From Candidatus Fermentibacteraceae bacterium (GTDB taxonomy: Bacteria; Fermentibacterota; Fermentibacteria; Fermentibacterales; JCC-6), in the NCBI GenBank assembly GCA_041750285.1, contig JBGSZS010000007.1:1-64000 (forward strand): a stretch of 64,000 bases of DNA, given 5' to 3'. The translations under genes and the position numbers were made by a program. Under the pieces are notes generated by a model, which had not been told where the DNA came from, searched no databases, and saw only the letters and a program-made list of their open reading frames with translations. Of the stretch, positions 47,237-56,140 are shown piece after piece (the stretch's first letter is position 1; every line of letters starts with the position of its first letter).

Positions 47237-47909
47237 GGGGCTGTCGGCATTGAGCGAGCTGCTCAGTGTCGTGAGAACGCTCAGGGGACCCGGAGGATGC
47301 AGCTGGGACAGGGAACAGACCCTTGAAAGCCTTAGACCCTATCTTCTTGAAGAGGCGTACGAAGTGGCTGAAGCCACTGAGCGAAGCGACTGGAAAGCCG
47401 TGTCGGACGAGCTTGGGGACCTTTTGCTCCACATTCTCATGTGGTCGGAGATAGGGAGCGAGAAGGCTCTTTTCAGCCTCGGAAGCGTCTCGGACGGAGT
47501 CAGGGAGAAGCTTGTCAGAAGGCATCCGCACGTTTTCGGAGCAAAGGCGTCACCCTTGCCCGAAGAGGTTGAGAAACAGTGGGAGACGATAAAAAAGCGT
47601 GAAAAATCAGGGACGAGGCAGGGCTTCTTCTCTTCCCTGCCGGGCGACATGCCTGCCCTGCAGACCGCCTGGAGGATCAGCCAGCGGGCTTCCGATGCCG
47701 GGCTGGAACCTTTGCCCGACCAATCCGGTATTGAAAGTGCTGTGAACCGTTTTCTTGCCGTGCCGATGGAAGACAGTCTCGGGAATCTGCTGCTCATGCT
47801 CTCGGGTTATGCCGTTTCCCTCGGCATAGAACCGGAACTGGCGCTTAAACGGGCGAACAGGAGATTCGTGTCGAAACACTGCGCTTGCGATGGAGAAAAA
47901 AGTACCTGA
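47229..47909 (+). CDS. mazG: MazG nucleoside triphosphate pyrophosphohydrolase (second domain shortened)
   Basis: 'LRGPGGCSWDREQT', 'EEAYE', 'ELGDLL', 'KLVRRHPHVF'. Confidence 0.88.
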   Translation: MDEGLSALSELLSVVRTLRGPGGCSWDREQTLESLRPYLLEEAYEVAEATERSDWKAVSDELGDLLLHILMWSEIGSEKALFSLGSVSDGVREKLVRRHPHVFGAKASPLPEEVEKQWETIKKREKSGTRQGFFSSLPGDMPALQTAWRISQRASDAGLEPLPDQSGIESAVNRFLAVPMEDSLGNLLLMLSGYAVSLGIEPELALKRANRRFVSKHCACDGEKST

Positions 47910-47949
47910 TATTCGCGTAAATCTTGGGGCTGTAACCTGAAAGGAAGAT

Positions 47950-49656
47950 ATGAAATACCTGTTAATGATGATTGTCGCGACCTTTGCCGTAGCGGGTTCC
48001 ATTCAACCCGAGCTATTGATGGATATGGCGCAAGCCGCACGGGGAGAGGTCATCCCTGTTGTGGTCCTTGTGGAGGGCAGCCTTGATTACCAGTGGGTAC
48101 AGGCCGCCACCGCTGGCATGAGCCGTGCGGAAAGGCAGCAGTTCGTGGTCGAGGCCCTGAAGGCCAATGCCCAGGTTTCACAGCAGGCCGTCCTCGAATC
48201 CATCGCCGGTCAGCAGGTTGAACAGCTCGTGCCGTTCTGGCTCGTGAACGGCTTCTACTGCCACACGACACCCGAGGTGATCCGCAACCTCTCCACACGC
48301 TCGGATGTTCGGTATATCGAACGGGGCAGTATTGGCGGAAGCCTTATCGAACCCGTTGCCCAGCGCGACCCCGAACCGGGTCAGCGGGCAGTGGCCTGGG
48401 GCGTCAGCAAGATAAGCGCTCCCGAAGTCTGGGCTCTGGGTTACGAAGGTGAAGGCGTCATTGTAGGCGTTATCGACACCGGCGTTTACTACACCCATTC
48501 CGACCTTGGCAACAACATGTGGCACGATACTCCAGCCGGCTACCACTACGGCTGGGACTTCTACGACAACGACAACGACCCCATGGACACCTACGGGCAC
48601 GGTACCCACTGCGCCGGAACCGTCGCTGGCGACGGCACTGCCGGCACCGAGACCGGTGTTGCCCCGTCCGCCACGATCATGGCCCTTCGGATCAACTACT
48701 ACTACGGCGGTGAGGCCACCTGGGTAGAGGCCATGGAGTTCGGCACCGAGCACGGCGCCGCGGTACTCACCATGTCCCTCGGATCCTACACCGGTGTCGC
48801 CTTCCTTCGCGAAGCTGAAGAGGCACTGCTGCTTGCCGGAGTGGTGCACAGCGTCGCCGCAGGCAACAGCGGTCCCGGCGGCGGAACCATTCTTGGCAGC
48901 GGCGACTGCCCTCCCCCCTGGTTCCACCCCAATCAGACCTACCACGGCGGGCAGTCAGCTGTCGTCACAGTGGGCGCAACCGATTCAAACGACAATATCG
49001 CAAGCTTCTCCAGCCGCGGTCCCGTTACCTGGTGGGGAAGTGTCTCCCCCTGGAACGACTACAGCGATTCCCAGCCCCTGATCGACCCCGATGTGAGCGG
49101 ACCCGGAGTGAATGTGCTCAGCACCATGATGGGCGGCGGATACACCACCATGGACGGAACTTCCATGGCCACCCCGCATGTTGCAGGTGTCATGGCCCTC
49201 ATGCTCAGCGCAAATCCCGACCTTACGGTGGAGGAGATCGACCAGATCCTCGAAGAGACTTCCATCGACCTGGGAGCCGCAGGCAAGGACAACACCTTCG
49301 GTGCCGGCAGGATCAACGCTCTCGCGGCCGTCAACGCGGCGCTCGGACTTGTCGGAACCTCCGAGGAAGACCACACCGGTCTGGAAACCGGCGGGCTGGT
49401 GCTTTCCGCAGTTTCGCCGAATCCTGTGAACGGCTCTGCGGCCTTCTCCCTCTACGTACCCGCAAGCGGTGATGTATCCATCAGCGTTTTCGATGTCGCA
49501 GGCAGGGCGGTGGCGCAGGTGCAGTCCGGCCAGCTCGCTTCGGGCAGCCACAGCTACCTCTGGAGCCTTCCCGAGAACATCGGCAACGGTGTTTACTTTG
49601 TCAGGGCGACCGCCCCCGGCGGTGCCGCAGTCAGCAGAATGACGGTGTTAAGGTAG
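47950..49656 (+). CDS. Secreted S8 subtilisin-like protease with propeptide and T9SS/FlgD-like CTD (paralog 1)
   Basis: Catalytic triad 'VIDTG', 'HGTHCAG', 'GTSMATP'; CTD 'SPNP...VFDVAGR...GVYFVR'. Confidence 0.93.
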   Translation: MKYLLMMIVATFAVAGSIQPELLMDMAQAARGEVIPVVVLVEGSLDYQWVQAATAGMSRAERQQFVVEALKANAQVSQQAVLESIAGQQVEQLVPFWLVNGFYCHTTPEVIRNLSTRSDVRYIERGSIGGSLIEPVAQRDPEPGQRAVAWGVSKISAPEVWALGYEGEGVIVGVIDTGVYYTHSDLGNNMWHDTPAGYHYGWDFYDNDNDPMDTYGHGTHCAGTVAGDGTAGTETGVAPSATIMALRINYYYGGEATWVEAMEFGTEHGAAVLTMSLGSYTGVAFLREAEEALLLAGVVHSVAAGNSGPGGGTILGSGDCPPPWFHPNQTYHGGQSAVVTVGATDSNDNIASFSSRGPVTWWGSVSPWNDYSDSQPLIDPDVSGPGVNVLSTMMGGGYTTMDGTSMATPHVAGVMALMLSANPDLTVEEIDQILEETSIDLGAAGKDNTFGAGRINALAAVNAALGLVGTSEEDHTGLETGGLVLSAVSPNPVNGSAAFSLYVPASGDVSISVFDVAGRAVAQVQSGQLASGSHSYLWSLPENIGNGVYFVRATAPGGAAVSRMTVLR

Positions 49657-49804
49657 GGGACGGACTTAGAAAGATTAGATTGCTGGCGTAATGTTATGTT
49701 GTATAGCAAGATGCATTTCAATGGGCATGTCACACGGTTTGGAATGCATCATGCTGAAAGGGTTCAGATCAGACCAGCGATCTAATCTTTCCAAGTCCTT
49801 CCCC
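49656..49804. repeat. Palindromic element copy 2: 31-bp inverted repeats (28/31) with an inner ~17-bp hairpin
   Basis: 49656-49686 GGGGACGGACTTAGAAAGATTAGATTGCTGG versus 49774-49804; inner stem 49705-49721 / 49739-49755. Confidence 0.9.
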
Positions 49805-49815
49805 CGAGTAGATCC

Positions 49816-49851
49816 GGGCGGCCCGATCCCTGATGGGCGGGTCGCCCTTCT
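49816..49851 (+). terminator. GC-rich hairpin, possible intrinsic terminator between the S8 paralogs
   Basis: GGGCGGCCCG (49816-25) pairs with CGGGTCGCCC (49838-47) with one G-U; short TTCT tail. Confidence 0.4.
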
Positions 49852-49887
49852 GCGCTGGACGCTGCATGCGAAACGGAAGGAATAGGC

Positions 49888-51603
49888 ATGGCTATGCTTC
49901 TACTGGTTTTGGCGGCACATGGTTTGGGCGGCATTAATCCCGATGTATTGGCCGATATGTCACTCGCACAGCCCGGAGAGATGATACCGATTGTGGTTCA
50001 TCTGGAGGGTTCGCCGGACCCTGGATGGATCGATGATGCAGCCTCGGGGATGTCCCGTGAGGAAAGGCAGCAGTTCGTAGTGGGTGCGCTTCAGTCCGCG
50101 GCGGCTCTTTCCAGGCACGATGTCCTCGCCTTTCTGGAACACCGAACCGTCAACCGGATCATACCGTTCTGGCTGGTCAACGGTTTCTACTGCGAGACGG
50201 ATCCTGAAACCATAAGGCTTCTCGCGGAAAGACCCGACGTTGTCTTCATTGACAATGGCGCACCCGAAGCGGTACTTGTGGAACCCGTTGAAAGACGCCG
50301 GGCAGAACAGGAAGAGCTCGACAGGGCTGTGGCGTGGGGAGTGGAGAAGATCAACGCACCTGAAGTCTGGTCGCTTGGTTATGAGGGCCAGGGAGTCATA
50401 GTTGGTGTGATCGACACGGGTGTTGACTATACCCATTCCGACCTCGGCAGTAACATGTGGCACGACACACCGGCCGGTTTCCACTACGGCTACAATTTCT
50501 ACGGTTCCGGTGACCCTCTTAACCCAATGGATGATAACGGGCATGGAACCCATTGCGCGGGTACGGTGGCCGGCACCGGAGCAGCCGGGACCGAAACCGG
50601 TGTTGCGCCGTCGGCAACCATCATGGCGCTTCGGATCTACTACTACACCGGTGGTTTTCCCACCTGGATCCAGGGTATGGAATTCGCAGCCGAACATGGT
50701 GCTTCGGTTCTCTCAATGTCGCTCGGAACAACTCCTGTTGGCAATGCCACACTGAGAACGGCCGAGGAGAATGTGCTTCTGGCCGGGATCTATCACAGCG
50801 TGGCCGCTGCCAACAGTGGTCCCGGCTCTGGAACCATCAGAGCCAGTGGTGATTGCCCCCCCCCCTGGTTTCACCCCGATCAGACGTTCCAGGGTGGGCA
50901 GACCGCTGTGGTTACCGTGGGTGCTACCGATTCCAACGACGCCATCGCAAGCTTCTCCAGCCGGGGTCCGGTCACCTGGTGGCTTGGTGTTGCCCCCTGG
51001 AACGACTACGGCGACACGTCACCCCTTATCAAGCCAGACATCAGCGGCCCTGGCGTTGATGTTCTCAGCGCCCAACTCGGGGGCGGCTACACGACCATGA
51101 GCGGTACTTCCATGGCAACACCCCACCTCGCGGGGGTGGCTGCACTTCTGTTGAGCATCAACCCAGAGCTGACAGTCGCCCAGCTTGATTCCCTCATCGA
51201 GACCACGTCAGTTGATCTCGGGGCTTCGGGAAAGGACAACACCTTTGGTGCAGGAAGGGTGGACGCCTACCAGGCTGCGCTCGCTGCCCTGGAGATGGTC
51301 GGCACCGAGGGCGGCACAAGTTCCGGACTTCCAGGCCCATCAATTGCGCTGTCATCCGTTCAACCCAATCCTGCGAAAAGCTCAGTGGTGTTCTCGCTCT
51401 ACCTTCCCGAGAGCGGTCACGTTTCCATTGTCGTATTCGATGTCGCTGGACGGGCAGTGGCACAGGTGCATTCGGGCCAGCTCTCCGGTGGCAGCCACAG
51501 CTTCCTCTGGAGCCTTCCGGAAAGCACGGGGAACGGTTTGTACTTCGTAAGGGCCTCATCCGTAGGTGGCACCGCCACCACACGGATGACGGTCTTAAGG
51601 TAG
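49888..51603 (+). CDS. Secreted S8 protease with T9SS/FlgD-like CTD (paralog 2, tandem duplicate)
   Basis: Same triad motifs; colinear with 47950-49656, both ending 'RMTVLR*'. Confidence 0.93.
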   Translation: MAMLLLVLAAHGLGGINPDVLADMSLAQPGEMIPIVVHLEGSPDPGWIDDAASGMSREERQQFVVGALQSAAALSRHDVLAFLEHRTVNRIIPFWLVNGFYCETDPETIRLLAERPDVVFIDNGAPEAVLVEPVERRRAEQEELDRAVAWGVEKINAPEVWSLGYEGQGVIVGVIDTGVDYTHSDLGSNMWHDTPAGFHYGYNFYGSGDPLNPMDDNGHGTHCAGTVAGTGAAGTETGVAPSATIMALRIYYYTGGFPTWIQGMEFAAEHGASVLSMSLGTTPVGNATLRTAEENVLLAGIYHSVAAANSGPGSGTIRASGDCPPPWFHPDQTFQGGQTAVVTVGATDSNDAIASFSSRGPVTWWLGVAPWNDYGDTSPLIKPDISGPGVDVLSAQLGGGYTTMSGTSMATPHLAGVAALLLSINPELTVAQLDSLIETTSVDLGASGKDNTFGAGRVDAYQAALAALEMVGTEGGTSSGLPGPSIALSSVQPNPAKSSVVFSLYLPESGHVSIVVFDVAGRAVAQVHSGQLSGGSHSFLWSLPESTGNGLYFVRASSVGGTATTRMTVLR

Positions 51604-51754
51604 GGGACGGACTTAGAAAGATTAGATTGTTGGCTTAATCATCTGCTCGATGGTAAGATACATGTTTGAACAGGTCTGTGAAACACGCCAAATGTATCTT
51701 ACTGGAAGCTATAATGTTACGCCAACAATCTAATCTTTCTAAGTCCGTCCCCTA
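51601..51754. repeat. Palindromic element copy 3: perfect 34-bp inverted repeats (including flanking TA) with an inner 11-bp hairpin
   Basis: 51601-51634 TAGGGGACGGACTTAGAAAGATTAGATTGTTGGC is the reverse complement of 51721-51754. Inner GTAAGATACAT (51653-63) pairs with ATGTATCTTAC (51692-702). Confidence 0.95.
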
Positions 51755-51762
51755 ACACTATT

Positions 51763-51960
51763 CTAGCCGCCGGAGATGAGGTGGATGACATCCACCACGG
51801 CGTTGTCAGGGATCGAAGCGGTGTCGAAAGCGGTTTTCTGGATGACCGTTCCGTTGATCCTGACCACAAGCATTCTGAAAGTGTATCTCTTTGCGGTGAG
51901 AACGTCACGCACGGTCATTCCCTCATGCCACGGAAGCGTGTCTCCGTTCACGGTTATCAT
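51763..51960 (-). CDS. thiS: Sulfur carrier protein ThiS
   Basis: 65 aa, 'MITVNG', C-terminal 'ISGG'; GGAGG RBS. Confidence 0.88.
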   Translation of the reverse strand: MITVNGDTLPWHEGMTVRDVLTAKRYTFRMLVVRINGTVIQKTAFDTASIPDNAVVDVIHLISGG

Positions 51961-52058
51961 TCAGACCTCCCTCTGCCGAATATAGCCTTTGGAATAGACC
52001 TGCGAACTCCGGTGTAAACCGTTCGTGGACAAAACTCACACACGAAGGGAGATATGAG

Positions 52059-54335
52059 ATGACGGAGATACTGCTGGCGCTTGCACTGACCGCCTCGACA
52101 CCGGATTACTCGAGGATGGGGGTGCTGGTTGACGGTGACATCGTCGCCGAGCTTCCCCTCGAGCATACTTCGGCAGAGATCACGGTGGGAGGCATCTATC
52201 AGATCGGTGTTGTGAGGCAGGTCTACGGCAATCCCTACGACTCGCCGATCGAGGCCGTATATGTTTTCCCCCTGCCTGAGAACGGCGCAGTGTCCCGGAT
52301 GGACATGTACATTGGGGAAAGGCACATCGAAGGCGACATACACGAGCGCGGCCAGGCACAGAGGATCTATGACGAAGCCATTCAGAGCGGTCAGACCGCG
52401 GCCCTCCTGGAACAGGAAAGACCCAACATCTTCACCCAGACCGTGGGCAACATCCTTCCCGGAGACAGCATTGTCATCGAGATCGAGTACACAGCCCCCG
52501 TCAAGTACGAATCCGGCACATGGGAGCTCTCATTTCCCATGGTCGTCGGCCCCAGGTTCATCCCCGAGGGCGTTCCGGACGCGTCAAGGATAGCGCCGCC
52601 GGTTGTGCCTGAGGGCACACGCGCCGGTTACGACATCGAGCTGTCCGTTCTGCTCGACCCGGGAATGCCGGTGCGCTGGATCGAGTCGGTCAACCATGAG
52701 ATAAACGCCGTGAAACAGGGTGAACTGCCCCTGCTCAGCCTGGCTGCAGGCGAAACCATCCCCAACAGAGACTTCGTGTTAAGATACAGAACGGCGACTG
52801 ACGGCATCGGCTCAGGGTTCGTGGCCCACAACGGCGATCTCGGGGGACACTTCATGCTTCTGCTGGAACCCGACGCTTCCGTGGACGAAGCGCTGATAGC
52901 ACCAAAGGAGATGTTCTTCGTCATCGACTGCTCGGGCTCCATGAGCGGCCAGCCCATGGAGGTTGCAAAAGAGACGGTCACACGTTTCGTGGAGGGTATG
53001 AACCCGGGCGACTCATTCCAGATCATGCGTTTCAGTGAGACCGCAAGCGCCATGAGCCGTCACCCGCTGCCCAACACACCCGAGAACATCAGGGCTGGTG
53101 TTTCGTACATCAACTCCCTCAGCGGGATGGGCGGAACGATGATGATTGAGGGGGTCAGAGCCGCGATAGGTTACCCCGAGGACCCGGAACGGATCCGATA
53201 CATCATTTTCCTCACCGACGGTTATATCGGGAACGAATCGGAAATCCTCGGCGAGCTTCAATCCACGGTGCGGGACAATACCAGGCTGTTCAGCATCGGT
53301 GTGGGCTCCAGCGTCAACCGGTACCTCATCGAAGGACTGGCGCAGGAGGGGATGGGAAGCGCCACTTACGTGGGCTACAATGACGACCCCGAAGTGGCCG
53401 TGTCCGAGATCTACAGGAAGATCAACAACCCCTACCTCGTGGGGATCGAGCTCGACTGGGGAAACCTGGCGGTCACGGACGTTCAGTTCGGCGGAACCAG
53501 AGATCTCTTTGACGGCGAGCCCCTGGTGATAACGGGTCGTTTCGAACGGCCCGGCACCGGGACGGTCAGGGTAACCGGATCGCTCGGCGGCCGTACGTGG
53601 ACCAGGAACATCAGTGTCACACTTCCCAGGAACGGGGAGGGGAATGTCGCCGCGGACCGCCTGTGGGCTTCGCGGAGGCTTGCAGGACTCCGCAGGGAGA
53701 CATACTCTCCCAGCCTCTCTCAGGCTGAGCGTGACGACATCACCGAAAGCATGATCGGGGTCAGCCTCGACTACAGGGTTTTGTGCGAGTACACGGCTTT
53801 TGTAGCCGTGGATTCCGAGAGAAGGGCGGGTTCGGCCGACCCTCTGAGGGTCGATGTTCCGGTCAACATGCCCGTTGGTGTGAGCTATCAGGGGGTGTTC
53901 GGTCAGCCCGCACCGGTGGCGGCCAGTTACTCCATGAACGGGGGAGGCGGAGCCTCAAGAACCCTGGCATGCGGGGAATGCGACACTGAGGAGTCTTACG
54001 GCACCGGCCGTCTCGGCTACAGTGCTCCGGTACCTGTGGTCAGCCTCGTTTCCGTGGGAGATCCCCTTGGTGCGAGACCTTCCGTTTTCAGAGGCGTGAT
54101 GCTGGATCTGGAGGATGAACTCCAGTCCCTTCTGGGAGAGCAGGACACTGGTGTTTCCGGTTCTCTGGTCTTCGAGCTCGAACTGAACTCCGACGGCCGT
54201 GTGACCGGGGTGACGGTCCTGGAGAATACAACGGGCGAGAGGAACATGGAGTTGAAGGCGGTGCAGTGGCTCACCGGGAGGACGATCCCCGGAGCCGGCC
54301 CTGGAACTGCAAGAGTGGAGTTCCAGGTTCAGTAG
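52059..54335 (+). CDS. Secreted VIT + vWA domain protein with a TonB-C-like tail
   Basis: VIT 'LPLEHT...IEAVYVFPLP...LLEQERPNIF', MIDAS 'DCSGSM', 'TDG'; C-terminal 'LVFELELNSDGRVTGV'. Confidence 0.88.
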   Translation: MTEILLALALTASTPDYSRMGVLVDGDIVAELPLEHTSAEITVGGIYQIGVVRQVYGNPYDSPIEAVYVFPLPENGAVSRMDMYIGERHIEGDIHERGQAQRIYDEAIQSGQTAALLEQERPNIFTQTVGNILPGDSIVIEIEYTAPVKYESGTWELSFPMVVGPRFIPEGVPDASRIAPPVVPEGTRAGYDIELSVLLDPGMPVRWIESVNHEINAVKQGELPLLSLAAGETIPNRDFVLRYRTATDGIGSGFVAHNGDLGGHFMLLLEPDASVDEALIAPKEMFFVIDCSGSMSGQPMEVAKETVTRFVEGMNPGDSFQIMRFSETASAMSRHPLPNTPENIRAGVSYINSLSGMGGTMMIEGVRAAIGYPEDPERIRYIIFLTDGYIGNESEILGELQSTVRDNTRLFSIGVGSSVNRYLIEGLAQEGMGSATYVGYNDDPEVAVSEIYRKINNPYLVGIELDWGNLAVTDVQFGGTRDLFDGEPLVITGRFERPGTGTVRVTGSLGGRTWTRNISVTLPRNGEGNVAADRLWASRRLAGLRRETYSPSLSQAERDDITESMIGVSLDYRVLCEYTAFVAVDSERRAGSADPLRVDVPVNMPVGVSYQGVFGQPAPVAASYSMNGGGGASRTLACGECDTEESYGTGRLGYSAPVPVVSLVSVGDPLGARPSVFRGVMLDLEDELQSLLGEQDTGVSGSLVFELELNSDGRVTGVTVLENTTGERNMELKAVQWLTGRTIPGAGPGTARVEFQVQ

Positions 54336-54362
54336 CACCAGTACCAGCGAGTGATACTGATG

Positions 54363-54392
54363 GAGGGGCGGCGCGGCCGCCCCTCTCCCTTT
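54363..54392 (+). terminator. Probable intrinsic terminator after the VIT-vWA gene
   Basis: GAGGGGCGGC-GCG-GCCGCCCCTC 10-bp stem followed by TCCCTTT. Confidence 0.6.
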
Positions 54393-54537
54393 CGTGAAAA
54401 TCAAGCGAAAAAGGGATCACGGCAGAAGGCTTCGGGTATCCATTCGTGGTGATCCTGTTGTATGTTTCAACTGGATAACGATCTTCGGGCCTTTCCGGCC
54501 TGAGCCGCCCGATCACGCAGAACAGGAGAGCCTTTTC

Positions 54538-56058
54538 ATGAGGATTATCGCGTTGCTGTCAGTTGCCTTTGCTGTTGCAGCCACAGGGTGTTCCCGGTCC
54601 CAGCCCGATGGAAACCAGTGGATCATCGCCTCACCGCATGATACCGTCACGGTATCGGATGCCGCGGCAATCTGGACGTCGCTGGATGATGAGGAGAGAG
54701 CTGGTTTCACCGTTACTGACGATCCCGCGGAAGCCTTCCTCGATGCGCTGTCTGGAAAGGCAGCCGTTGAAAGCTGTGTGGAAGAATCGGGATTGCTCGA
54801 AGATCCTGATCTCAAAGCCATGGCGGAAAGCTGGTTGCGTGTGGAAGCGGCAATGGCGGCACGCGGTCTTATCGCCGACGCGGAAGCAGCATCGGTAACT
54901 GAAAGCGATATTCTGTACTGGAGAGAGAACCAGGGTCTCATGGTCTGGTTCTCCGCTGACAACCCTTGTCCAGAGGGACCGTTCGCCATCGCCGAGCTTC
55001 CCGGCGAACTCAGGGCGACGCTTCAGCAGATGGCTCCGGGTGAGAGCGCATCGCTTGCGGGTTTCGGAGTGGTCACGCTCGATTCCCTGCTGCAGACCCC
55101 GCCCCAGAACGTTGAACAGCCTGACAGTGTCGTGGCCGCGATGATCGCAGGCGAAAGGGAACGCTTCCAGTATCTTCTGGAGTATACCCGCATCATTGAA
55201 GCCGGGGACACGGGGATCAGCCCCGGGTTTGCCAGTCTGAGCGACCTGCCTGCAGATTCCGTCGTGGTGTTCTCCCCCCTGGGGCGGTGGACCCGAAGCC
55301 AGATCGAGGCTGAACTCGCCTTCATCCAGACAAGGTTTCCACAGGTTGAAGCCAGTGCCCAATGGTCGGGCATGATCCTTGAAAACCTGGTCATGCAGAG
55401 CCATTACAGGAACGTTCTGGTATCCGACTACCCTTCCGTTGCCGATTCCCTTCTGGAAGAGTCGCATGCATTCCTCAGAAGTCAGGCCGCCGAACAGCTG
55501 GTCAGGCAGTACCTCGACAGCGCTGTAACGGTTTCCCGGGCCGACATCGAGGAGGAATACTCACTGCTTGCTGAACCGCCCTTAACGGCGGAACTCAGGG
55601 TGTTTGGCATGGCATCTGCGGGTATCACGGAACTGCCGGGCCTTCGTCGTTCGATAGCGGATCGAACCAGTATCGACGGCTTTCCCGGAGTTCCGGAACT
55701 TGCGCTTCCGGAGGGTGACCCGCGGGTCAGCCGCCCCATGACGAGCGCAGAAATGCCCGGGGATGTCGCTGCGGTCCTTTTCGGCATATCCCCTGCGGAC
55801 ACGATCACATGGTTCGGTCCCTTCGAGATCTCTCAGGGGGTGTTCGCCGCCTTCCGGCTTCGGGAGGTGATACCTTCCCGCCCTGCAACCATCGAGGAGA
55901 TCGAAGACCAGCTCATCGGGTCGGCAAGGAGCCGTCTCGAGGCCACGGCAATCGATGTCTTTCTCAATGAACTGCGCCAGAGGTTCCAGGTGGAAGTCAA
56001 TGATGACGTCATGGAGAGGCTTTCCCCCGATCCCGGTCAGTGGGGTTCGCAAAGCTGA
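54538..56058 (+). CDS. Lipoprotein, SurA/PrsA (parvulin rotamase)-like foldase, divergent
   Basis: Lipobox 'ATGC'; 'VTVSRADIEEEY', 'GPFEISQG', 'PSRPATIEEIEDQL', 'LNELRQRFQVEVN' resemble PPIase/SurA C-terminal motifs. Confidence 0.6.
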   Translation: MRIIALLSVAFAVAATGCSRSQPDGNQWIIASPHDTVTVSDAAAIWTSLDDEERAGFTVTDDPAEAFLDALSGKAAVESCVEESGLLEDPDLKAMAESWLRVEAAMAARGLIADAEAASVTESDILYWRENQGLMVWFSADNPCPEGPFAIAELPGELRATLQQMAPGESASLAGFGVVTLDSLLQTPPQNVEQPDSVVAAMIAGERERFQYLLEYTRIIEAGDTGISPGFASLSDLPADSVVVFSPLGRWTRSQIEAELAFIQTRFPQVEASAQWSGMILENLVMQSHYRNVLVSDYPSVADSLLEESHAFLRSQAAEQLVRQYLDSAVTVSRADIEEEYSLLAEPPLTAELRVFGMASAGITELPGLRRSIADRTSIDGFPGVPELALPEGDPRVSRPMTSAEMPGDVAAVLFGISPADTITWFGPFEISQGVFAAFRLREVIPSRPATIEEIEDQLIGSARSRLEATAIDVFLNELRQRFQVEVNDDVMERLSPDPGQWGSQS

Positions 56059-56066
56059 CGCGGGAC

Positions 56067-56095
56067 TTGACGCGGCGCATGAAGCGTGATATCTA
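56067..56095 (+). promoter_or_regulatory. Possible sigma70 promoter (TTGACG, 17 bp, TGnTATCTA)
   Basis: Canonical spacing; -10 lacks the final T; AAGGAG RBS before ATG 56141. Confidence 0.4.
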
Positions 56096-56140
56096 CTCCA
56101 CGTTCCCTTTCAGTTCGACCCTAACCATAAGGAGATTCTC

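Noticed and set aside
49691..49885. Small ORFs across the palindromic elements (also 51717-51908 minus)
   Set aside because: No RBS, not conserved between element copies, no protein-like features.
19807..51754. 36-nt repeated arms as CRISPR repeats
   Set aside because: Arms are inverted pairs at dispersed loci, not direct repeats with regular spacers; no cas genes in the window.
51961..52058. TPP riboswitch upstream of thiS (or thiD)
   Set aside because: No CTGAGA core or room for the aptamer seen on the relevant strand.
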